A stretch of DNA of 64,000 bases. Source: an uncultured delta proteobacterium. Its GTDB lineage: Bacteria > Myxococcota_A > Polyangia > Polyangiales > Polyangiaceae. Within the stretch, counting starts at the first letter, position 1; every line of letters begins with the position of its first letter. Below the pieces are notes generated by a model. That model was not told where the DNA came from. It did not search any database and worked only from the letters and a program-made list of their open reading frames with translations. The DNA is taken from positions 768,001 to 832,000 of the forward strand of contig CAVOKF010000005.1 in NCBI GenBank assembly GCA_963696385.1, read 5' to 3'. Shown in pieces: positions 1 through 7,026 of the stretch. Both the position numbers and the translations under genes were made by a program.

Positions 1-679
1 TGGACGCAATCGCCGTGGCGATGGCATCGACCGCCGCGGTCTGCGCGTCCGTGGCGCGGTGCGGCGCGTCACGCGCGACCGACCCGCTGAAGAGCGGATC
101 CGCGGGAGCATCGCGCTCTTCGACCACCACGAGGCCAAGCTTGAGGAGCCCTTTCACCGCGGCGCGGGCGTTTCGCCATCGAGACTCGAGCCGACCGACC
201 GGCTCCGCACCTGCCGCGCGCAAGTACGCCACGATCGCTTTGGGTTGCCCGCGCAGCGTGCCCGGCGTTTCGACCTGCGGCGTCGCACGAACCCACTGAA
301 CCCGCCGCGTCGCCACGCCTCGTGCGCGATCGAAAAGCGTCGGGTCTTCGAGCTCGCGGGCGGTCTCTCGATCCATCGGAGGCAAGGCGAGGCGGACGAC
401 CTCACCGATGGGCGCAAAGTAATACGCCGCGAGGTCGAGCAGAAAGGCAAGTAGGTCCGGCGGAATCGAGGGCTCGTCATCGACGACACTCGTAAGCATC
501 GTCGTTCCGCTCGGCGCCTCGCCCTCTCGCAGAGCCAAAACGACGCCCACCAGACGACGCGTCCGGACCTTGCAGACCACCCGGGCGCCCACGGCCGCGC
601 GCGAGGCCAGCGCCTCCGGCACGGCGTAGGTGAAGGCACGTGCGACCGGTACCGGCAGCGCGACGTCCGCCAACAACAC
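1..679 (-). CDS. priA: Primosomal protein N' (5' part; runs off the window start)
   Basis: Not in the ORF track; translated by hand from GTG at 679. VLLADVALPVPVARAFTYAVP...GARVVCKVRTRRLVGVV...LAAYYFAPIGEVVRLALP is the PriA 3'-DNA-binding domain. The frame stays open to base 1 and ends in ATDAQTAAVDAI (Q-motif region before the helicase core). Confidence 0.9.
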   Translation of the reverse strand, partial: MLLADVALPVPVARAFTYAVPEALASRAAVGARVVCKVRTRRLVGVVLALREGEAPSGTTMLTSVVDDEPSIPPDLLAFLLDLAAYYFAPIGEVVRLALPPMDRETARELEDPTLFDRARGVATRRVQWVRATPQVETPGTLRGQPKAIVAYLRAAGAEPVGRLESRWRNARAAVKGLLKLGLVVVEERDAPADPLFSGSVARDAPHRATDAQTAAVDAIATAIAS

Positions 680-681
680 GC

Positions 682-1977
682 CTAACGCACCGCGATCGCG
701 AGGGCAGCGGTCACGAATCCGATGATCACCAGGACCGTGACGGCCGCCAGCCTCAGGAGGTTGCGATCGCTCGGTCCGGCCGGACGCCGATCGGAAGGCG
801 GGGCGATGGTACTCGCATGCAGCGGGGTGGGCGTGGGCACCTCGGGCGTGAGCGCCGTCGGCTTCAAGGGCGACGGTCCCGTGTCCGATCGCCGTTCAGC
901 GTCGGCAGTCGCCCCCTCTGGGCCCTGGTCGGACCCGAGGGCAACAAACACGATAGGGGCGCCCCGCTCCAGCGCTTCCGCCGCACGCTCGCGTGCTCGC
1001 CGCTTCGCGACGATCTCCGCGCCAAATGTCTTCGCAAGCCAGTCCCCGAGCTGGAGGGGGCTCGTCATCAGCTTGGCCTGGATCGCGTAATCGTGCAGAT
1101 CTCGCTGCATGGCCGCCGCCGACGGATAACGCATCTCGCGGCGGGGTGAGAGCGCCTTGCCGACGATCTTGCGCAGCCGATCCTCGGCGGGTAACCCGCG
1201 AGTCGGAAGTTCCGGGATCTCGGCGCGACGCGCGCGTTCGATCAAGGTCGGACCGCCCTCTTCGGGTGCCTCCTTGTACAGACGCCGCCCGGCTGCGAGC
1301 TCCCACAAGACGATTCCTACGGCGAACACGTCTGCTCGAGAATCGATGGGCTCACCGCGGGCCTGTTCGGGGCTCATGTAGCCCGCCTTGCCCTTGATGG
1401 CCTCGTCGAAGTGATGCGCGGCCACGGTTCCAATGGCCGTATTCGCTCGTGCGATACCGAAGTCGCAGACCTTGACTTCGCCTTCGAACGATACGAGCAG
1501 GTTCGAAGGCGACACGTCGCGATGAACGATCCCGAGCGGTCGGCCCGCCTCATCCGTTCTGCGGTGCGCGTAGTCGAGACCGCTCAGAGCTTCGCGGATG
1601 ACGTGTGTCGCGAGTTCAAAGGGGATCGGCACTTTGGCGCGCGAACATCGACGCAGCAGGTCGTTCATGTCGAACCCCTCGACATACTCCATGGCGATGT
1701 AGAGCCGTCCGTCTTCGCGTCCGAGATCGAACACTTGTACGACGTTGGCGTGACTGAGGCCCGCGGCAAGCTTGGCCTCGTGGACGAGCATCTCGCTGAA
1801 GCCCGAGTCGTTCGCGAGTTCGGGAAGGATCTGCTTGACGACGCAACGCCGCGACGCTCCAAATTCGGATTTCTGGCGGGCGAGGTAAATTTCGGCCATG
1901 CCGCCCTTTCCGATGAAGTCGAAGAGGGCGTAACGGCCGAACGAGCGCGGCAGGGCGATACTGGGGGCAGCCGACAT
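682..1977 (-). CDS. Hanks-type Ser/Thr protein kinase with a C-terminal transmembrane helix
   Basis: Motifs IGKGGMAEIY, VVK, HRDVSPSN, DFG and YMSPEQ; hydrophobic C-terminus. ATG 1977 chosen as start (ORF is open to 2022). The stop lies 2 nt upstream of the priA start. Confidence 0.93.
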   Translation of the reverse strand: MSAAPSIALPRSFGRYALFDFIGKGGMAEIYLARQKSEFGASRRCVVKQILPELANDSGFSEMLVHEAKLAAGLSHANVVQVFDLGREDGRLYIAMEYVEGFDMNDLLRRCSRAKVPIPFELATHVIREALSGLDYAHRRTDEAGRPLGIVHRDVSPSNLLVSFEGEVKVCDFGIARANTAIGTVAAHHFDEAIKGKAGYMSPEQARGEPIDSRADVFAVGIVLWELAAGRRLYKEAPEEGGPTLIERARRAEIPELPTRGLPAEDRLRKIVGKALSPRREMRYPSAAAMQRDLHDYAIQAKLMTSPLQLGDWLAKTFGAEIVAKRRARERAAEALERGAPIVFVALGSDQGPEGATADAERRSDTGPSPLKPTALTPEVPTPTPLHASTIAPPSDRRPAGPSDRNLLRLAAVTVLVIIGFVTAALAIAVR

Positions 1978-2263
1978 CCGTAGGCAAAGGTCATCGTACC
2001 TAGGTTCGCAGCCGTCAAGCACCCCGGCGTCGGTCGCGCCAAATCCCGCGGTAGCGCGCTTGGCGCGGTCCCGCGCTCGATGTCGTGCGCGGAACTCGCG
2101 GAAAATGGCCGTGGAGGCCGGGAGTTTGCCCCGGACCCGTGTGAATGCACCGCGGATGCGCTCTCTCCAGGACCACGACGGTTGGCTCTACCGGGCGTGA
2201 CAATCCCCCGATCTGCAGCACGAGCCAGTGGTCATCTCGAGCGAGGGTCCGCATAATGTCCCC

Positions 2264-3772
2264 ATGTCGTCGCCTCCCCCGCAGGGACGGTCGCCGTCGG
2301 CCACCGAGGCGTTCTCCGACGACTTGGCGGTGACGGCGGCAGCTCGCGTGGACGGGCCCCCCGTTTCGCGCCTCGGACGCTTGGCTCGCCTCGGCGCGCT
2401 CGCGCCGCGGGCGATTCCCATCGCCGCCGAAGCCGTTCGGAGGGCCGTCGGTGGGCGCCGGAGTGAGGACGACGAAGCACAAGCTCGACGGCGGCTCGTC
2501 CAGAACGCGAAGAAGACGGCCGACGCGATGCTCAAGACTCTGGGAGAGATGAAGGGCCTGCCGCTGAAACTCGGTCAAATGGCCTCATACATCGATGGGC
2601 TCGCTCCACCGGGATACGAGGAAAAGCTGCAGCGCGTGCTCGTGCGCTTGCAACAGAAGGCGCCCCCGCTCTCGCCCGAGGCGGCGGTGAAGGTGGTGCG
2701 CGAGGACTTCGGGGCCGACCCCAGGGAACTCTTTGCCCGCTGGGAGAGCGAACCGTTCGCGGCCGCCAGCATTGGCCAGGTGCACCGCGCGGTCACCCGG
2801 GCCGGTGAGACCGTTGCCGTCAAGGTGCAATACCCGGGCATCGACAAGGCGATCGAGAACGATCTGAAAAGCCTTTCCCTGCTCGAGTCGATCATCGCTC
2901 CGATAGGGCGTCGTTATCAGTCGAAGCAGACGCTCGAGGAGATTCGGAGCGTGTTTCTCGCCGAGGTGGACTATCGCGTCGAGGCCGACGCGGTCGAGAG
3001 CTTCCGTCGCATTCACGAGGGCGATGACGAGATCGTCGTGCCACGCATCCTGCATTCTCTGTCGAGCAAGCGAGTGCTCACGATGGAACTCATGGGCGGC
3101 CTCGACTACTCCGAGTTCTGCGAGCGTGCCCCGCAACGCGATCACGACGCGGCGGGGGAGACGCTCGCGCGGTTCATGTTCCGCGCGCTCTGGCGTCATG
3201 GTCTACTCTACGCTGATCCGCACCCGGGCAATTACCGTTTTCTCGGCGGCGGCCGCGTGGCGTTTCTCGATTTCGGCTGTCACAAGCGCATCTCCTCCTC
3301 GCTCGTGGAAGGCATGAAGCGGTACATCACGGCGCTCCAGCGGGGGGATATGCCCGCATTCCTGCGAGCGTGCGTCGACGTTCTCGGGTACGACCCGAAC
3401 GACGAGGAAAGCTTTCGACTCTACACCGAATACACGAAGCTGATTCTCCAACCGCTCGTGGTCGACGCACGATTCCGATACACGAAGGAGTTCGCACGCG
3501 AGAGTGTTGCATTCTTGGTACGTGGCGGACGCCGGATCGTCTTCAAACCAGACGACAAGTTGCCAAACCTTCCCGCGCCCGTCCGCATGCCCACCGACTT
3601 TACCTTCGTCAATCGGCTGCAATGGGGTTTCGGAAGTGTACTCGCCGGACTCGGCGCCGAAGCGAACTGGCGGCGGCTTGTTGCGCCGTGGGTCGAAGGG
3701 GCGGTCTTTCCGATCCCGGGAGAGGTCGAAGGGGCGGTCTTTCCGATCCCGGGAGAGGTGGCCCGCGACTGA
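2264..3772 (+). CDS. ABC1/AarF/UbiB-family atypical kinase
   Basis: Motifs KLGQ, FAAASIGQVHRA, VAVKVQYPG, ADPHPGN and LDFG. Start uncertain (2228 or 2264). Confidence 0.92.
   Translation: MSSPPPQGRSPSATEAFSDDLAVTAAARVDGPPVSRLGRLARLGALAPRAIPIAAEAVRRAVGGRRSEDDEAQARRRLVQNAKKTADAMLKTLGEMKGLPLKLGQMASYIDGLAPPGYEEKLQRVLVRLQQKAPPLSPEAAVKVVREDFGADPRELFARWESEPFAAASIGQVHRAVTRAGETVAVKVQYPGIDKAIENDLKSLSLLESIIAPIGRRYQSKQTLEEIRSVFLAEVDYRVEADAVESFRRIHEGDDEIVVPRILHSLSSKRVLTMELMGGLDYSEFCERAPQRDHDAAGETLARFMFRALWRHGLLYADPHPGNYRFLGGGRVAFLDFGCHKRISSSLVEGMKRYITALQRGDMPAFLRACVDVLGYDPNDEESFRLYTEYTKLILQPLVVDARFRYTKEFARESVAFLVRGGRRIVFKPDDKLPNLPAPVRMPTDFTFVNRLQWGFGSVLAGLGAEANWRRLVAPWVEGAVFPIPGEVEGAVFPIPGEVARD
3691..3756 (+). 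repeat. Perfect 33-bp tandem duplication encoding (VEGAVFPIPGE)x2
   Basis: ggtcgaaggggcggtctttccgatcccgggaga at 3691-3723 and 3724-3756. Confidence 0.95.
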
Positions 3773-3909
3773 CGTCGCACGGCTCTGCCGACGTCGAACG
3801 CGGGCGAATAGGGGCTTGCCAAGCGCCTGAGAGGCGAGCATGAATTCGGCCCAATCCGCAGGCCCCACGGACGAGTAGGCACACAAGCCCGGAGGCAAGG
3901 ACGACGAGC

Positions 3910-4341
3910 ATGAAAAAGACAATCACCCTCATGACTGCAACGTTGGCTGTCGCATTCGCTGGAGCCGCCCTTTCCGCGTGCGGCAGTGGCGACGACAACA
4001 CCGTCGCGCCTCCGTCGACGACAGACGGTGGTGGCCACGACGCGACGACGACCACCGACTCGGGCGGCGATGGCGCGACCGATGCGGTCAGCGATGGTGC
4101 GAACGATGCGGCCGGTGATGGCGCGAGCGACGCGGCCAGCGACGGTGCGAGCGATGCGGGCAGCGATGGCGCGAGCGATGCGGGCAGCGATGGTGCAACC
4201 GACGCGGCCAGCGATGGCGCAACCGACGCGGCCAGCGATGCCGCAACCGACGCGGGCGATGCTGCAACCGACTCGGGCGTCGACGGTGCCACCGACGCCG
4301 CGACGGACGCGGCCGGTGACGGTGCCATCGACGCGGGGTAG
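3910..4341 (+). CDS. Small lipoprotein made of D-x-x-x (DGAT/DAAS/DAGS) repeats
   Basis: MKK, a hydrophobic stretch and the lipobox LSAC; the remainder is Asp-periodic low-complexity sequence. Purine-rich AAGGA upstream. Confidence 0.85.
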   Translation: MKKTITLMTATLAVAFAGAALSACGSGDDNTVAPPSTTDGGGHDATTTTDSGGDGATDAVSDGANDAAGDGASDAASDGASDAGSDGASDAGSDGATDAASDGATDAASDAATDAGDAATDSGVDGATDAATDAAGDGAIDAG

Positions 4342-4380
4342 CGAGTTTCGAGGCTAGTCGAGCAGGGGGCCGCACACTCG

Positions 4381-4544
4381 GTACAGCGCCCCGATAGGCG
4401 GCCGAGCTGCGCCGGGGTACGCCTGCGTTGCAGACTGGTGCTGTACTAAGGTGGTTTCCTCGGGGCTTCGCCCCAACCCCCCAATCGCCTCTTGGCGATT
4501 GAAGTACACCGCCCGGCTGATGTCTTCGTTCTGGGGCGGTGTAC
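4381..4544. mobile_element. 164-bp multi-hairpin dispersed repeat, copy A (MITE/REPIN-like)
   Basis: Reverse complement aligns end to end with 52028-52191. Internal inverted repeats: GTACAGCGCC/GGTGCTGTAC, GGGGCTTCGCCCC, CAATCGCC/GGCGATTG and GTACACCGCCC/GGGCGGTGTAC. The repeat is certain; mobility is inferred. Confidence 0.8.
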
Positions 4545-4567
4545 TCAGGCTCGCGCCGTGGATCGCC

Positions 4568-5635
4568 TTGAGTCGCCTCTTCGCAGCTTTTCTCATAGAA
4601 GCCATCGCACTGTCGCTCGCGAGCAGCGCCGCCGCGCATTCCATCGGACTCTCCCGAGCCGACTACCGCGTTTCGGGCGACGTTGTCGTCGCCACGTACG
4701 TCTTCTCGGGAGCCGAGGTCGCCGCTGCCATGCCCGAGGTCGACGTCGATCACGACGGGCGACTGTCGCCCGCGGAGATCAGCCAGGCCGGCGAAGCCGT
4801 CGATCGACGCGTCGTGGACGCTACGATCGTCGACGCAGACGGGTCGACTTGCCGCCCTCATCTCGATTCGGTCGAGGCCGCCTACGGGGACGGGGTTCAG
4901 ATCCGCGCCTCGTTTCGGTGCGACCATGCTCCGCGCACGCTGACGATCGACTGCAGGTTCATCGCTGCCTTCTCAGCCGGCCATCGCCACCTCGCGACGG
5001 TGTTTGCACACGCCCACGAGACCTCGTTCATTCTCGTGTCCGGTCGGGAGCGTCTCGCGCTGACGCTCGACGCGACGACCCGTGCCGGCTCGACGTTCGG
5101 AGCGATGGTCTGGACCGGGGTCACGCACATCTGGACCGGCTACGACCACCTCGCTTTTCTCTTCGGCCTGCTCTTGCCGGGCGGTCGCCTGCGTACGCTC
5201 GTCGGCATCGTGTCGGCGTTCACCGTCGCGCACTCGCTCACCTTGGCTCTGGCGGCGTTGGGCGTCGTGTCACCCGCCCCCTCGATCGTCGAGCCAGCCA
5301 TCGCGCTCTCCATCGTGTACGTGGGGCTCGAGAATCTCTTCGTCTCGCATCCGTCCAGACGATGGCGAGTCACCTTTTTCTTCGGTCTCGTGCACGGCTT
5401 CGGCTTTGCCGGAGCACTCCGCGAACTCGATCTGCCGCGCGCGCAAATGCCGATCGCGTTATGTGCGTTCAATCTGGGCGTGGAGATGGGGCAGATCGCG
5501 GTGGTCGCGGCGGTGCTGCCGATCATCGTGTGGGCGCGGCATCGTTGGGCGTTTCGAGTTTGGGGGGTTCGCGGGTTGAGCGTCGCGCTCTCGCTCGCGG
5601 GTTCGGTCTGGTTCGTACTGCGTGTCGTGCGGTGA
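4568..5635 (+). CDS. HupE/UreJ-family membrane protein with an N-terminal extracytoplasmic domain
   Basis: Motifs HIWTGYDHLAF, FTVAHSLTL, FGLVHGFGFA and FNLGVEMGQ; signal peptide ending AAA-H. TTG 4568 is the likely start because the longer ORF from 4451 runs through the repeat element. Confidence 0.88.
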   Translation: MSRLFAAFLIEAIALSLASSAAAHSIGLSRADYRVSGDVVVATYVFSGAEVAAAMPEVDVDHDGRLSPAEISQAGEAVDRRVVDATIVDADGSTCRPHLDSVEAAYGDGVQIRASFRCDHAPRTLTIDCRFIAAFSAGHRHLATVFAHAHETSFILVSGRERLALTLDATTRAGSTFGAMVWTGVTHIWTGYDHLAFLFGLLLPGGRLRTLVGIVSAFTVAHSLTLALAALGVVSPAPSIVEPAIALSIVYVGLENLFVSHPSRRWRVTFFFGLVHGFGFAGALRELDLPRAQMPIALCAFNLGVEMGQIAVVAAVLPIIVWARHRWAFRVWGVRGLSVALSLAGSVWFVLRVVR

Positions 5636-5751
5636 CGGGCCGATCTGCGCGTGGGACCGTGCGTCGGCTCGCGGAGCGAGGCCGGCTTGGTCCGTCGCGC
5701 ACTGGCGTGCGGGCGACGAATCGCGCCGAGACACGCTATCGTGATGCGCCC

Positions 5752-7026
5752 ATGGGGTCCGCCTCACCGGCCGCTCGATCTTCGTCGAGGCGTCTGCGCA
5801 GTCCGAGGATCGATGGTGGTTCCGGCGCCTCGTCCGCGGCTCCGCCTCTCTTTCGGCACGATCCGGCTCGCTCGTATGGAGACAGGCGAGGGGACGGAAT
5901 CGTGCTGCATGCCGAGAACCTCGGCGCGATGCGCCGTCTTTCGGCGGCCCGATTCGATGCTCGCTTTCGCTGCATCTACCTCGATCCGCCGTTCAACTCA
6001 GGGAGACGCTTCGCGGAGTACGACGACACGCTCGCGCCGAGCGTGTGGCTCGCCATGATGCGTGAACGCCTGGAAGCCGCGCGCGCGCTCCTCTCCGAGG
6101 ATGGCGCGATCTTCGTCGAAATCGACGATACGGGGCTCGGACCGTTGCAAGTCGTGATGAACGACGTTTTCGGTCGCGACCAGCGAGTCGCTACGATCAC
6201 CGTCGTCCGCAGCGCTGCGACGGGGCACAAGGCCAAAAACCGCGGCCCGGTCAACGTCGCGGACTACATTCTGGTGTATGCGAAGGATCGCGCGCGGTGG
6301 CGTTGTCATCCCGTCCTACGCGAGCGCGCCGGCTACGATGATGCCTACCGAACGTGGCTCGTCAATCCGAACGATTCACCGGATGCATGGCGTTTTTGCC
6401 CGCTGGCGGCCCACGTCCGCCGGACGTTGAACGGTGTCGTCTCGAGAGACGACGTCGAGCGACACGCATTGGCCCACGCCGCGCACGTCGTCCGCTTCGC
6501 GCAGCCCCGTTACGAGGCGGTGAGTCGCGCCGCACGGGCGCTCATCGACTGCTCGCGGCGCGAGCCGGGTCGGGTGATGAGGCTCGTTCGCCCCGGGCGC
6601 AAGGACTTGCTGTTGCGCGCAGGTAACCGAATCCTGTTTCTTGCCGACAAGGTTAGGGAGAGCGACGGGCGGCCGGTGATCGTTGAGCCGATCACGAACG
6701 TCTGGGACGACGTCCCGTTCCAGGGGATAGCGGGTGAGGGGCAAGCGCGCTTCGTGCGAAACAAGAAGCCCGAGAAGCTGCTGGCGCGTATCTTGGCGCT
6801 TTCGACCGACCCGGGCGATTGGGTGCTCGACGCATTCCTCGGAAGCGGCACGACCGCCGCCGTCGCGATGAAGATGGGCCGGCGTTGGGTCGGCATCGAA
6901 CGGGGCCCTCACGTCGACGAGCTCGCCCTTCCTCGCCTGCGGCGCGTGGTCGACGGAGTCGATCCGTCCGGGGTCACGACCACGTTCGCGTGGAAGGGCG
7001 GTGGCGGATTCGATGTTTGGACGTAA
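5752..7026 (+). CDS. Site-specific N6-adenine/N4-cytosine DNA methyltransferase, beta class, type III Mod-like, apparently orphan
   Basis: CIYLDPPFN (motif IV) precedes KKPEKLLARI and VLDAFLGSGTT (motif I); C-terminal WKGGGGF is typical of Mod-like enzymes. Only the 3' part of ORF 4492..7026 is taken as coding. Confidence 0.9.
   Translation: MGSASPAARSSSRRLRSPRIDGGSGASSAAPPLFRHDPARSYGDRRGDGIVLHAENLGAMRRLSAARFDARFRCIYLDPPFNSGRRFAEYDDTLAPSVWLAMMRERLEAARALLSEDGAIFVEIDDTGLGPLQVVMNDVFGRDQRVATITVVRSAATGHKAKNRGPVNVADYILVYAKDRARWRCHPVLRERAGYDDAYRTWLVNPNDSPDAWRFCPLAAHVRRTLNGVVSRDDVERHALAHAAHVVRFAQPRYEAVSRAARALIDCSRREPGRVMRLVRPGRKDLLLRAGNRILFLADKVRESDGRPVIVEPITNVWDDVPFQGIAGEGQARFVRNKKPEKLLARILALSTDPGDWVLDAFLGSGTTAAVAMKMGRRWVGIERGPHVDELALPRLRRVVDGVDPSGVTTTFAWKGGGGFDVWT

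Noticed and set aside
4060..4335. CRISPR-like periodicity
   Set aside because: The periodicity is a coding 12/24-bp amino-acid repeat without unique spacers; no cas genes are present.
4345..4567. Cobalamin or NiCo riboswitch upstream of HupE/UreJ
   Set aside because: No B12-box or other consensus was seen; the region is explained by the dispersed 164-bp repeat, whose other copy is next to unrelated genes.
4492..5751. Apparent 844-aa methyltransferase with a long N-terminal extension
   Set aside because: The upstream part is an Arg-rich off-frame read-through over the HupE/UreJ gene; only about 5752 onward looks coding.
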